The notes under the pieces are model-generated. The model did not search any database, had not been told where the DNA came from, and saw nothing but the letters and a program-made list of their open reading frames with translations. Position numbers and translations under genes: made by a program. A stretch of DNA of 63,422 nucleotides, the filler included, from Octopus bimaculoides (taxonomy: Eukaryota), in the NCBI RefSeq assembly GCF_001194135.2. It is 6 parts of 5 records of this genome, joined end to end, with 100 filler letters (N's around TTAATTAATTAA, not from the genome) between each part and the next. Parts side by side here need not be neighbours in the genome. Positions count along the whole stretch, not along the records: positions 1 to 12,292 come from NC_068984.1; positions 12,393 to 23,808 come from NC_068991.1; 4 more parts are not named here. The stretch is one strand, 5' to 3'. Shown one piece after another: positions 1-13,748 of this stretch (the stretch's first letter is position 1; the number at the start of each line of letters is the position of its first letter).

Positions 1-367
1 GGTTAGGGCAGCGGACTCACGGTCATAGGATCACGGTTTCGATTCCCAGACCGGGCTTTGTGAGTGTTTATTGAGCAAAAACACCTAAAAGCTCCACGAG
101 GCTCCGGCAGGGGATGGTGGCGAACCCTGCTGTACTCTTTCACCACAACTTTCTCTCACTGTTACTTCCTGTTTCTGTTGTGCCTGTAATTCAAAGAGTC
201 AGCCTTGTCACACTGTGTCACGCTGAATATCCCCGAGAACTATGTTAAGGGTACACGTGTCTGTGGAGCGCTCAGCCACTTGCACGTTAATTTCACGAGC
301 AGGCTGTTCCATTGATCGGATCAACTGGAACCCTCGACGTCATAAGTGACGGAGTGCCAACAACAAA
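1..367 (+). mobile_element. tRNA-derived SINE (head clipped by window start)
   Basis: tRNA-like head remnant with box-B-like GGTTTCGATTCCC, unique body and (CAA)-type tail. Decayed relatives of the 3' part occur near 5040-5200 and 15170-15310. Confidence 0.75.
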
Positions 368-1522
368 TACTGGAACTTATTGTATATATCCTAAGATATC
401 ACTCTTAACTGAATGGGAACATAAAGTTGTAAAACTATATACCTCAACACTTTTTTTAATAACCTACACTCCCTAATTGTTATAAGTGCTTCTAACAAAT
501 CACGAGGCAATAAGTTTGGAGGAAGTCTGATTAAATCAACCTAGTGCTTGACTGATATTTTATTCTTCTAAATCTCCCAAAAGGATAAAAAGCAAAACAG
601 CACTGTTAGGATTTTAACTCAGATTGTAAAAATCCACAACTCCATATTACAACAAGACATTAGATGCATTGTTTTTCCACTTTGGTCATTTTCTACCCTC
701 AAATAATACTAATGATATCTTAACTAGAGACAAGGTTTCACATTTAGGGAAAGGAAACTGTTGATAATAATGACCAACAGGACCTGTGGAAATTTCATGG
801 TTATTTTGAAAACTAAGATTGTTTATTGAAAATTATGAAAGGCATAATGTATCTTGAAAGTGTTGAATTTCTTTCTGATATATTTGATTCTTGAGATAGT
901 GTAAAGTTCTCATAGAGTGAACTGAAGATGCAGTCTTAGGAGTGATCATCTTTCAATATATATATATACATATATACATATATCGTTCTACATTTGTCAC
1001 TTCTTGCACCTTGAGAGTTATCTTTATCATTGCTACAAGAAGTGAAGATGTGTGGCCAAGTGATTATGGTGTTAGGCTTATGATCATGTGGTTATGGTTT
1101 TAATTCCTGGGCCAAGTAATGTGTTGTGTCCTTCAGCAAGGTACTTCATTTTTACATAGCTCCAGTATATTTAGTTGAAATGATGGGAGTTGGGTGTAAA
1201 GAGGTGTCTGCATCTACTGATGATTTACATATGTACCTAAAGCAATCTGAGAAAATACATAACATCAAGAAATAAAAACAATATTAACTATAGAGGAAAC
1301 TTGACAATTTATCTATAATATTCTGCTATACTATGACTGTATTGTATAAATCTTAATACACTGTATTGCCATCCATAGTTTCCATAACAGTAAAATGCAT
1401 TGGGCTGGACATGAACCTAAAGTTCCAGTGAATGAACCAGAGTAGCTGCCCATAGAGCTGTGGATTTTAAAAAGAAACATCAATTATATATTGAAATGTG
1501 TGTATCATGCATGTGTATATAT

Positions 1523-1870
1523 AGCTGTGTGGTTTAGAAGCTTGCTTTGCAATCACTTGTTTCTGATTCAGTCTCACTGTGCAGCACCTTGGCCAAGTGT
1601 CTTTTACTATAGACCTGGGCCAACCAATACTTTGTGAGTGAATTTGGTAGAGAAAATCTGGAAGCCCATTGCATATGTATGTGTGTGTGTGTCTGTTTGC
1701 ATTTGTTTCTCCCTCATCGCTTAAAACCAGTGTTGGTTTCTTTATGACCCTGTAACTCAGCAGTTCAGCAAAAGTGACAGATAAAATAAGGTTGATCTGT
1801 TTGACTATACCCTCTAATCCAGTGTCCCAGCATGACTGCACTCCTGTGATTGAAGCAAAAAGTAAAAGAT
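1523..1870 (+). mobile_element. CORE-like tRNA SINE with internal (TG)n tract (family also at ~23618, ~29955, ~44180; reversed copies at ~20800, ~28730, ~33830)
   Basis: Head AGCTGTGTGG..., central CACCTTGG(G/C)CAAGTGTCTT.TACTATAG motif, microsatellite and shared 3' body; multiple copies in the window. Confidence 0.7.
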
Positions 1871-2454
1871 GTATAAGTGTGTATATATAAATATATATAT
1901 ACAAATAATCAGAAAATGGTGAAAACTTCATATTAACAAACACATCGATTGGACCACATTTATAGCTTATTTTTTAATATACAAAGCGTGACATAACAAA
2001 TCTTACAGCTGTTTCTGCATCTGTTGCCAAGCGCTGTCTATAAATAATTGCGAAAATAAAATTCTTCATCTTCATAGGACATTCGGATTAAGGCATGGAG
2101 CTTCATCACAGTAAAAAACAAGAGCATCCAATATAAACAATGGGAAGAAGGAATAGGAAAGAAAACATGGCCTAGAAAAGAAGTCTAGAAGCCCAATATA
2201 TTAAAAGCATATAATCTACCATTCTTGGGGCTGTTTGTTAATCTGAGGTTTTCTCCATTTTCTGATTATTTGTATTTGTTTCCTGATAAACTCTTGTTTA
2301 TCCTGTTGTTACCTGCACTCTACATGCATAATGTGCCTCCACACCAATTTCCGGGGATAACACGGGTAATGGATATCAATAGTACATATAGATATTTTAT
2401 CCCTTAGTCGGTTATTACAACCGCTAATTCTGTTTACACTATATATATAACGTG

Positions 2455-2795
2455 ATTGATACCAGGGCTGCCTGACTGGTTCCTGTGCCAGTGGCATGTA
2501 AAAAGCACCATCCAAACATAGCCAATGCCAGTACCCCATGACTGGCTCCTGTGCTGATGGCACATAAAAAGCACGATCTGAATGTGATCAATGCCAGGCC
2601 TGCCTGACTGGCTCCTGTGCCAGTGGCACATAAAAAGTGCCCACTACACTCTTGGCGTGATTGGCATTAGGGAGAGCATCCAACTGTAAAAACATTGCCA
2701 GATCAGATTGGAACCTGGTGCAGCCTCCTGGCTTGTCAGTCCCCAGTCAAACCATCCAACCCATGCCAGCATGGAAAATGGATGTTAAACAATGA
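2455..2795 (+). repeat. RTE-LINE-type 3' tail with three ~65-bp imperfect tandem subunits (similar tails at 23909-24095, ~25400, ~30570, ~33400, ~45060)
   Basis: Three units sharing GACTGG.TCCTGTGC...TGGCA..TAAAAAG, followed by ...CCAACCCATGCCAGCATGGAAA...(GAT)n tail. Confidence 0.65.
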
Positions 2796-5409
2796 TGATG
2801 ATATATATATATATATATATATGTATGTATATGTGTGTGTGTGTGTATTTCCAAATATTTATCAGTCAAATATCTTATGAATAGATTGTCTTTGATTTCA
2901 TTCCATAGTTTAAAGTATTACATATTACATATGTAGCAGAATGATAATAATATAGATTATCATAAGGATTGATAATGAGAGGTAGCTAGAGTTATGTAAT
3001 CAAACTAAANNNNNNNNNNNNNNNNNNNNNNNNNNNNNNNNNNNNNNNNNNNNNNNNNNNNNNNNNNNNNNNNNNNNNNNNNNNNNNNNNNNNNNNNNNN
3101 NNNNNNNNNNNNNNNNNNNNNNNNNNNNNNNNNNNNNNNNNNNNNNNNNNNNNNNNNNNNNNNNNNNNNNNNNNNNNNNNNNNNNNNNNNNNNNNNNNNN
3201 NNNNNNNNNNNNNNNNNNNNNNNNNNNNNNNNNNNNNNNNNNNNNNNNNNNNNNNNNNNNNNNNNNNNNNNNNNNNNNNNNNNNNNNNNNNNNNNNNNNN
3301 NNNNNNNNNNNNNNNNNNNNNNNNNNNNNNNNNNNNNNNNNNNNNNNNNNNNNNNNNNNNNNNNNNNNNNNNNNNNNNNNNNNNNNNNNNNNNNNNNNNN
3401 NNNNNNNNNNNNNNNNNNNNNNNNNNNNNNNNNNNNNNNNNNNNNNNNNNNNNNNNNNNNNNNNNNNNNNNNNNNNNNNNNNNNNNNNNNNNNNNNNNNN
3501 NNNNNNTACATTATCTCCAGTACTTAACTGGTACTTAATTTATCAACTTTGAAAGGGTGAAAGACAAAGTCGACTTCAGTCGAATTTGAACTCAGAACAT
3601 AGCGGCAGACGAAATACCACTAAACATTTCGTCTAGCATGTTAATGATTCTGATAATGATAATTATGATTTCAAATTTTGGCACAGGGCCAGCAATTTTT
3701 TTTGCATGGTTTGGGTGGGGTAAGTCTATTGCATCGACCGCCCCCCCCTCCACTGATCAACTGGTACTTATTTTATCGACCCCGAAAAAGATGTAAGGCA
3801 AAATCAACCTCAGCGGAATTTGGACTTAGAACATAAAGCCAGAAGAAATGCTGCTAACATTTCTGCCAGCCAGATACCTTATTTTTTTAATAATAACAAT
3901 CCTTTCTACTATTGGTACAAGCCCTGAAATTTCAACTGGTACTTATTTTATCAACTCTGAAAGGATGAAAGGCAAAGTTGACCTTGGCAGAATTTGAACT
4001 CAGAACCTAAAGATGGACGTAATGCTGCTAAGCATTTTGCCTGGCTTGTTAATGATTCTGCTAGCTTGCTGCCTTAATAATAATGATAATAATAATGATG
4101 ATGATGGTGGTGGTAGTGGTGGTAATAATAATAGTAAAATGCCCTGATGCAATACCAGGCAGTGGCTCTCATGGCTTCAGACCTTAACTGATTGGAAGTG
4201 TTATCGTTGTTTTGTCTTGGTATAAAAGAAGGGCTACAGCAAATATTCTGATCAATATCACAGATTTGCTTGTCATTTGTCTGACCATAACCAGTTGAAC
4301 ATGTCCCTTAGTGGCTGACGATATGTGCATCTCTGATCATGAGCAGTAGTGGGGGAGCATGATAGCCATGTGTTGAGAGGAATTCTTTGGGGGTTTGGAT
4401 TATTCTCCTCTGGAAACCTGGGTGTTTCATTCAACATTCTTATACAATCCTTATTCAGGGACCTTTTGAGCGGGATAGGCTACTCAACCTGAAGAAAATT
4501 CTAACTGGGCCCCACCTGCAAGGTCCTGCACTGTTTATCTTGATATGAGATCATGATGTCGTGCACATATGGTTGTGATGCATGTACCTGGTGTCATCAG
4601 ACAGGTAGTTTTGATGGGTATATTGAGCTTTGTATATTTTTCCCCAGTGTCACTTTGATGGCATGCACTGCTCTCTCACTCAATAATAATAATGATAATC
4701 TTTTCTACTAAAGGCTCAAGGTCTGAAATTTGGGGGGAGGGGACTAGTACATTACATCAACCTCAGTGTTTTACTGGTACTTAATTGCTGAAAGGGTGAA
4801 AGGCAAAGTCAACCTTGGCAGAATATAAAGNNNNNNNNNNNNNNNNNNNNNNNNNNNNNNNNNNNNNNNNNNNNNNNNNNNNNNNNNNNNNNNNNNNNNN
4901 NNNNNNNNNNNNNNNNNNNNNNNNNNNNNNGCCACACTGTGGGACTGAACCCAGAACCATGTGGTTGGGAAGCAAGCTTCATATCACCCTCAGGCCAACC
5001 TTTACTTTGTATATGAAATTGGTTAGACAGAAACTATACTGAAGCCCGTTAGATGGAAAGTACTTGTAATTCAGAAAGTACAGCCTTGACATACAACTGT
5101 GCCATACATGTGTGTGGAATACCCAGCCATTAGTATATACTGGTTGAACAACTGATTCCTCATTGTTGAACAACGAAGATCTACTAACATTGCTTTTGAG
5201 CACTTATTTCAATGAACTCAGCTGAGTTTTTTGATTTTTGATATTCTATTTCCCAATAGAAATACAAGCCCATAAAATAAATAGAATTAAAGTGAAATCT
5301 ATTTAACTTTTCTCTATAGTAGCCATATATCAAATATACAAGTAGACAGGGCTGATCTCAAGATACTGAAATTTGAAGAAGAGTTGTGTTAGAGAAACTA
5401 CACAATTCA

Positions 5410-7850
5410 AGGGTTGCTGCTATCAACGTTGGCACTATGAAAGGTAGGTCTGGCGAGATTATTGAAATGCTGGAGCATTGCTAAGTCGATGTGTGTGGTG
5501 TGCAAGAAGTAAGATGAAAGGCTTCTCATGGGTAAGAAACAAGAGGTTCAAATTCTTCTTGGTATGCAAAAGTGATGGAGTGGGTGGTGTAGCAATACTC
5601 TTAACAGAAAAGTGGGTAGATGAGATAATTGAGGTAGTCAGAATATGTGATAGGGTTATTAAGCTGAAACTTATCATAGATAAATTAACAGTTACACTTA
5701 TCTCTGCCTATGCTCCACAGTCTGGTCTGACTGATGACCAGAACCAATTTTATGAGGTCCTTCTGCAGACTACCTCAACGTTAAATGATAGAAACTTCGT
5801 TATTGTGGCTGGTGACTTTGATGGAGATGTTTGGCAGCATTCCCAAGCATGGTGGTTATGGCTTTGGCTCTAGGAATGAGGAGGGAACAAGGCTACTGGA
5901 GTTCTGTGATGCAAATGATCTTGTGATCTGCAACCCTAACTTCAGAAAACCAACCAGCCACCTAATTACTTATCAGTCTGGTGGGCACATAAGCCATATC
6001 AATTACCTTCTCACCAAGCAATGAGATAGGCAGATGTAAGGAATGTACAACCCAACAAAAGTTACTAGTTAGTGACTTCAGAATCAGAGTTAGAAACAGT
6101 GATAAATAAACCATTCTGGAAAAGATTATGAAAGCTCAAAGATCCAGCAAACCAACAGAAATTTAGAGATATTCTAATGGAAGCCTCTAACAAAAGAGAG
6201 AGGAGGAGGCAGAGACATAGCTTAGAGGACAATTGAAAGTTCCTGTGGGACAATCTACTGAGAGCTGCAGACCAAATCTATGGCTGATGCAAAGTCCCAG
6301 CTATGCTAAGGGTGATATGATGGTGGAACAAGGAGGCAGACAGTGCTATAAAAGCAAAGATACAGGCCTGGAAAGACTAGAAAGAATGGTTGAAGCAGAG
6401 AATTATAAAGGTAGTCATAAGGGAAGATAGGTGACAGGTTTACATAGCAAAAGGAATAGCAGGCAGTCAGAGATTTGTCAATGTTCTACAGTGTGAGGTA
6501 TTCAGGATTGCAAAGCAGTTTATCAGAGAGAATAGTGTTGTGGTGGGTGAGAAATGTGTGTGAAGGGATAATGAAATGCTTGCATTTTGTGACTCAGAGA
6601 AGAAACATGCATGAAAGTGCCATTATGAAAGATTACTAAATGTGGAAAATGCATGGGAGAAGGAGAATCTTTCAAATATTGAACCAATTGAGGGACCAGC
6701 CATCAGAGTTGATAGTAGTATAATAGATAAGGCAATTATGGATATGAAGATAGGGAAAGCCCCTGGACCATCAGGAATCACTGCCAAGATGAATAAAATA
6801 TCTAGCAGTGTAGGATACAGCCTAGTTACTCATATAGTTAATCATGTTTTTCAGGAAGGTGTCATCCCCAATGACTGGTGCAGTTGTGTTATAGTTGGCT
6901 GCTACAAGAGTAAAAGTGATGCTTTAGATGGAAACAACTACAGAGGTATCAAAATACTAGACCAGGTCATAAAAGTTATAGAGAGAGTTATAGCCCAATT
7001 GATTAGAAATAGTATTAAACTAGCTGAGATGCAATTCGGTTTTGTACCTGGGAAGAGTATCACAAATGCCATCTTCCTAATGAGAAAGTTGCAGGAAAAG
7101 TGTTTGGCGAAAAGCAAGTCATTGTACTTCTGTCAACCAGAAGAAAGCTTTTGACAGAGTCCACTGCTCTGTTACCTGGTGGTCCCTAAGAAAATTAGGA
7201 ATAGAGGAGTGGCTTGTTAGAGCAGTACAAACCAAATGCAGCAGTGCTGTCAGTAAGTTGAGAGTGTTAATAAGAAAGCAAATAAGTCTCTCTTTCCATC
7301 AGGTAAATAGCTCTGCTCAATATGTAGGAAAGGAGTTGGAAGTAATTCCATTCACTGCATCCAGTGTAAGCTATGGACACATAAGAGGTGTAGTGGAATC
7401 ACAGGTAGATTTACAGATAAAGTCGCCTCCATGTGTGGCAGATGTGCAGGAACAATAAACACGAAGGGTACATGGGACCTAGACTTTCTCAAATGCCCAT
7501 TTGAGGCTCTCTTGAGGTAGTGGATGGTTTTTGTTACTTAGGTGACCAAATTAGCAATGGTGGAGGATGCTCTGAAAGTATTGTTTTTAAGGTAAGAACA
7601 AGACAGAGGAAGTTCAGAGAGCTATTGCCTCTGTTGGCAACAAAAGGACTCAGAGTAAAAGGTAGATTGTTTGATGCTTGTGTACAAACAGCTATACTCC
7701 ATGGTAGTGAGACATGGGCTTTGAATATAAAAGACATGTGTAGACCAGAGAGGAATAAAGGCATGTATGCTCTGCTGGATGTGCAACATTAGTGTGCATA
7801 TACGACAAAGCACAAATATGTTGAGAGAAAAGTTGGGCATATGCTTCCTT
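5410..7850 (+). mobile_element. Degenerate RTE-clade LINE (AP endonuclease plus reverse transcriptase)
   Basis: AINVGTMKGRSGEI; ISAYAPQSG; VAGDFDG; RNEEGTRLLEFC; GKAPGPSG; NNYRGIK; MQFGFVPGKS; FCYLGD; LHGSETW. Multiple stops and frameshifts. Confidence 0.92.
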
Positions 7851-8786
7851 GGCACATTACACAGTTAGTTCACTATTGCAATCCACTGGAGTTCCTTTTT
7901 TTTTCTACTCCTACAAGAGTAATTCAACTTTTTACTTTGAGTATCAGTTTTTATAAACACTGATACAATGCTATGCTCTAGATAAGACACAAAACCCTGA
8001 CTTCTTGACTGGGTATCTGCTACCCTTTTCCATTAGACCATCCAACAGAGTTCCATTTAGTTTCTGTCTATCAGATTTAACTCACTAAGTATTGGTCAGC
8101 CTGAGGTTATACTAGAAGGCATTTGCCCCAGCTGTTCTGCTGTGGGATAGAACTCAAAACTTGTACTAATATCTGATAAAGAGGACAACATGATCAATAT
8201 CCATCATCACTAAAGACTTTCAATATATTTTATCATTAGTGTTCTGATAACTTAGTAATATTTGTCTATATCTAGCATTATTTGCATTTCCAAATATCAG
8301 AACTAAATCACTATGATTAACATAAAGCTATCATCATCATTTAATATCCACTTTTTCATGCTTGCATGGTTTAAATGGAATTTGTTGAGATGGATTTTCT
8401 ACAGCTGGATGTCCTTCTTGTCACTGACCATTTCCAAGAAAGCTATTATTTCCTTATAGCCGGACATGTTTTTCACAGAAAACTGACAACCAACAACATT
8501 GCTGGATGTGCAACATGTGACATTGATGCTCATTTACAGCCATCAGTTTTTGTTTAGACAAGGGTGTATACACACACACAACAGGCTCCTTTCAATTTCT
8601 GTCTGCCAAATCCTCTCACAAGGTTTTGGTCAGTCTGGAGTAGGGTGTCACCAAACTTCTTTTACAGCAGGCCAGATAACTGAAAGAATGATGAGCGTGG
8701 GCTGCATAACCATTTTGTTCAATACAATACATTGAATACATAAAAAATAAAGACAAGGAACATGTTTATTTACCAAAAATTTATCA

Positions 8787-8862
8787 AAGAAGGTGACATT
8801 AGCAAGAAGGTGACATTAGCAAGAAGGTGACATTAGCAAGAAGGTGACATTAGCAAGAAGGT
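8787..8862 (+). repeat. Perfect 17-bp tandem repeat (AAGAAGGTGACATTAGC) x4.4
   Basis: Read directly from the sequence. Confidence 0.95.
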
Positions 8863-8999
8863 TGTTATCACACCTAGTGCACACATATCTGAATCTCACA
8901 AACTAAGCAGCAAAAAAGGTTAGTGAGTTTTGTGAAACTGGTGCTTAGCTTTTAAGATATCAATATTTCCTTTGGAATTGCTACATCCAACCAAGAGAA

Positions 9000-10915
9000 T
9001 TGCTTTCAAATGTTCATCAATTGACCTCGTTTGATATGCTGAGTTCACATACTTCACAGACATAAGTTGTTCCAAACACTGAAACCATACCGGAGGCAAA
9101 TTTCTTCAACTTTGAAAACTCATCAGCAGGTAAGCAATGATAAAATTCAACAAGTTTTCCTTCTCTGTGCTTCTCTTTCACCAAGCCATTTGCTTGCAAA
9201 TCAATGAGCTCCAACTGTAGGTCAATTGGCACATCATCATGGTTACAATCAAATGGATTCTGAAACAGAAGAATGTCACTCTCAATTCTGTTGAGATCTG
9301 AAAATCTTTCCAAAAAATGCTTAAAGTTACGAATAATCTTCTTCAGAAACTCAAGGCTGGCATCTGTGATTCTAGCATGAAACTCTTTGAAACACTGAAA
9401 ATGAGAAAAGTTTCCTCTTAATTGTGCTTCAAATAATGATAGCTTTCTCCAAAATCCTTTGATGATTCTGTAGAGATCTCAGAAGTTTTGAGTTCAATTC
9501 ATTCATGTGGAATATGATGTCAACCAAAAATGACAGCTTTATCTATTTCTCTTTGAAGCTTATAAAAACGAAACAGGACTTTACCACAACTGAGCCATCT
9601 CACTGTTATGTGATAAGGCAAGTCACAGAATTCAGAATCAGTTTCTTTAAGAAAAACCTGGAACTGGATGTGATTAAGTGCATAACCCTGAATGATGTTC
9701 ACCACAGAAACAACTGATTTCAGTACACAAGAAATATCTAAGTCTTTCCCACAGAGTGCTTTGCTGGTGTATAATGCAGTATAAAAAAAGTGCCTGGAAG
9801 TTGAAGATCTTCCAACTTAGTCCTGATCTGCCCCACCTGCGCATTCCTCACTCCAGCCAAATCTTTCCCTCCATCAATTGTAATACATCAAAGCTGATTC
9901 CACTGAAGGTTATAGCCTTGCAAAGTTTTCTGCACTTCCATCTTACACACTATTTTGTAACGAGTGACCTTCATTTTCAGCAAACATTCTCGTGAAGAGA
10001 TTCCTTTCAGATTCCAAACTACGTTTCATTAACTCAAATCTCTCAGAATGCAACTTTCCAGAAAATGTTAAATATATTGACAGGTGTTTTGTTTCATAGT
10101 GATGCTGAAGACTGTTCTCTTTCAAAACAGCAACACTTTCTTTGCATATCATACAACTAGCTTTCTGGTTGTTTGTTTTCACAAAAAAGTACTTTTCTCC
10201 CCATTCTTCATTAAAAAGGTGACACTCGGCATCTACTTTTTTTTTTATTAGTAACCATAACGATGAGTAAAAAAAACAAGATATGAAAATGAAAAACAAT
10301 TGTTTATTTACACATTGAATATTCCACCAAACAAATTTTAGAAAAATAATTTTTCTAAATTTTTTTGACATATAAACATCACAAACTAAATTGTAAATAG
10401 TTCATGACATTAAATTATGTTATTACATAATTAGTTTAAAAGTTTTTTTCCAATAAGTTATTTAATTAAGCAATTTTTATAATTGCTTAATTAAAAATCT
10501 TAATATATTTAAGATTTATTATGTAAGTTAATTAGAAAAGCTTCATAAAAAATAATTAAGATCATATTTAATAAAAATATTAAGAATCTTAATAGGCAAA
10601 TATAGTATTAAGAATTTGATACTAATTTAATTAAGTCATTTTTTTAGTGTATAGCAATAAAAATATTAGGGCTTAAATAGATACCAAAACTTGAAAATAT
10701 TAGATGCTTTATCTCTTGTGAGTTCTTTCGGCACTCAAATATGCAAAATATATAACATAATTCACTGAAGTCAGTCCCTTTTAGATACGGCACTCTTCAA
10801 ACCAGTTTAAACACGGCAATGCAAGTTAAAACACGGTTGCTGCAGAAATGAACTCTCATTGCAGGTACTTACACAAAAGGTACAGTGTGGCGGCGGGCCG
10901 CATGAACTGACCTCT
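9000..10915 (-). mobile_element. Degenerate hAT transposon, SPIN/GTF2IRD2-like transposase
   Basis: FNEEWGEKYFF...CMICKESVAVLKENSLQHHYETKH zinc finger; VRWLSCGKVLFRF hAT motif; VFGTTYVCE dimerisation region; subterminal ATGCGGCCCGC near 10890-10900. Confidence 0.9.
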
Positions 10916-11959
10916 AGCCTAGAGCTATAGTAGAAGAGTCTTTCCCACTCTGCCATGCAGTGGGACTGAACTCATGACCACATTGCCATACCAAGCCATA
11001 TGTTTCACTAATTAATGCAGGAACTTGTATACCATCTTAGTCAAAATAACAGCCAAATTTTCCTCAGACCACAACTTGTCATCTTAAAAAAACAAAGACA
11101 GTGTAACATAGGCTTAAAGTAGACAGCATGGTCAAGGCTTGAATATCTCTCATAGCAAGTCTGCTCAAATTTGGCAGACCTAGTGTTAAGTAATTGTCAT
11201 TCATACCATGATCAACAAACACGATTTCCTGAAAAGTTTGCTCTCTGACATAGTTGACATTTTTTTGTTCTTTATTGTTCTAAAAATCTACACTTGTACT
11301 TTCTAGTCATCTTGCAGTTATCTTTCCTGTTATTACTTTTCCATGTGGTCCTATATTGTCTTTGTTCCATGTTACAACAATTGTAACTATTAAGTATAAT
11401 GTGTTCATTTCCTCTTTGAGAAATGTACAACTTTTGTTATAAATATAGCTCTACTTGACAGTGGGTTGATGTATTTATTTTTCCACTTGTTTAGCATATG
11501 GGAAGATTCTAATGAGGTTTTACACTTTGTAATGTGGAAGCCATACTTAAATAGTGTCAGGAATAGTGGTTATATTCTTATTTGATCCTTGATAAGCCAG
11601 TTCAAGATTAAATATTCTAGGGTGCTTCAGTAAGTAATTGAATGAATTACTACTGAAGTTGTGAACTAGAAGCCTAACTCATATGAAGTGGAGTGTTCAA
11701 CTAGTATATCAGACCAAAGCTCAGAGTGACAAAAGAGGTACTTGTGAATATCTGTTGGGCCCTTCCTAAAGAGAAAGGAAAAAAAAATCCTCTTCAATCT
11801 CTTGAATTTAGAATAGGTTTTGCCTCAGGAGACCTTGACCAGATGGTGGAAGGGAACTTTCTGACAGTTAATATCTTTATTAAAAGGTTTCCTAAGTAGA
11901 AAGGGTTAATCTAAATTATCTAATTGTTTAGTGTGAATATATAGGACTGACCAATGTGC

Positions 11960-12292
11960 CAGAAGGGAGGCTAGGCGACAGGTTTATTTAGCCAGAGGGG
12001 AAGCAGATAAGGAAAGATTTGCCAATGTTCTGTGCCGTGAGGACCAAAGACTCGAGGTATTTCGTGTTGCAAGACAGTGTAGGAGAGAGAATAGTGATGT
12101 TGTAGGAGAGAAATGTGTTCGCATGGATGATGGTACGCTTGCATTAAATGAGGATGCAAAGAAAGAGGTCTGGAGATGCCACTACGATAGATTGCTTAAT
12201 AAAGAGAATGAATGGGAGAAAGAGAGCCTGCCTTATGTCGACCCAATAGAGGGACCAGCTATCCGAGTTGATAGTACCAGGGTAGATAAAGC
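11960..12292 (+). mobile_element. RTE LINE fragment, same family as 6420-6740, less decayed; runs into gap
   Basis: WRCHYDRLLNKENEWEKESLPYVDPIEGPAIRVDS aligns with WEKENLSNIEPIEGPAIRVDS at 6642. Confidence 0.88.
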
Positions 12293-12392
12293 NNNNNNNN
12301 NNNNNNNNNNNNNNNNNNNNNNNNNNNNNNNNNNNNTTAATTAATTAANNNNNNNNNNNNNNNNNNNNNNNNNNNNNNNNNNNNNNNNNNNN
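12293..12392. other. 100-nt scaffolding gap with TTAATTAATTAA linker (also 23809-23908, 34250-34349, 42804-42903, 52045-52144)
   Basis: Identical N-linker-N layout five times; the linker has stop codons in all six frames. Confidence 0.95.
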
Positions 12393-12662
12393 TAATCGGA
12401 AATGTCAGAACTAACGGGGATTAATACGATATACACCGTTACAGCGCTAACTGTTTTCAACTGAATAGACGTCAGTGATTAGTTGAAATTATCGAAATAA
12501 GACAATTTTTAACGTGAAATAACTTCGAATACAAATTTTTTTATCTGTTCTATACCACAAAATATACAAGTATACGAAGTTTGAAAGTGTTTCGGTACCA
12601 AAAACACTACATAAAAAATGTTGCCCGTCAAACCACAAAGATCCCTAATTCCTTCAAGCCAT

Positions 12663-13405
12663 ATACAGGGTGCGATGGTGTCATTTTATATTTTTAATTT
12701 CGCGTATTGTTTGTTTTTGGTTCTGTTGACTACGCAGCATAGTAGGATCAGTTGAAAACTGTCTGTGAGAAAAACAGCACCATGACGTAGTTCACTCTGC
12801 CAGAAATTTGGAAACGACATGCTGTACTGCTTGGCATTCGCACCGGAAGTTCCAATACAAGCATTTCAGAGTGTTTTGGGCATTAATCTGAGGACAATGC
12901 ATGTACCGAGAGGGATTAAAATCTAACAGCCAGTCAATACATGGTGTTTGGAGTGATCATTAGTGATGGCGACGTTATGCCTCCATTCATCTTCCCACAC
13001 GACCTCAGACTCAACACGGAAACCTACATCAAGTGCCTGGAGGAGGTAGTGCTGTCCTGGGTTAAGAGAGTGGCTGCTGGAAGACCCTATGTCTGGCAAC
13101 AGGACTATGCAGCATGCCGCACAAGCAGGAGAACCCAGTCATGGCTATCAGACAATTTCTGCGACCATACCACCCCTAACATTTGGCTACCTAACTCAGC
13201 AGACTGCAACCCCTTTGCTTATTATGTGTGGGGCGCAGTTGAGCGAGAGACCAACAAAACTCCTTGTAATACCGAATATGAACTGAAGGCAAGGATTATG
13301 GTATTATGCACAAACTTAAACAAGGAGATCGTCCTGAAGCGTTGCAAGAGATCCCGAAGTCTTCTGGAGACCGTGGTTGAAACCAATAAATTTATTCTTC
13401 AGTAA
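12663..13405 (+). mobile_element. Tc1/mariner superfamily, maT (DD37D) element, internally deleted
   Basis: TA-CAGGGTG start; QQD...WLPNSADCNPFAYYVWGAVE with exactly 37 residues between the second D and the mutated third-D position. Confidence 0.85.
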
Positions 13406-13644
13406 TTTCAAGATATTTTTATGTAATTTTGGTGAAATTTATGTAAATATTTTTATGTAATTTTGGTGAAATTTATGTAAACTTGGTGAAAAATGAGATG
13501 TCAGTATTATTTTCCTTTTTACGTAATTTAGACAATTTATTCATGTGTGTGCGTGTGTGTGAAACATACAACTTTCTGAATTGGGTTTTAATACAACCTA
13601 TATTCGTTAACGACATGCATTCACAAACACATAGAAATGCATAG

Positions 13645-13748
<104 letters not shown>

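Noticed and set aside
8787-8862. CRISPR-like repeat array
   Set aside because: Head-to-tail 17-mers with no spacers, in a eukaryotic context; a minisatellite.
12337-12348. Recurrent palindrome TTAATTAATTAA inside N runs (5 times)
   Set aside because: Artificial scaffolding linker with stops in all six frames, not biology.
13413-13480. 34-bp perfect tandem duplication after the maT ORF
   Set aside because: Ordinary slippage duplication within a dead transposon.
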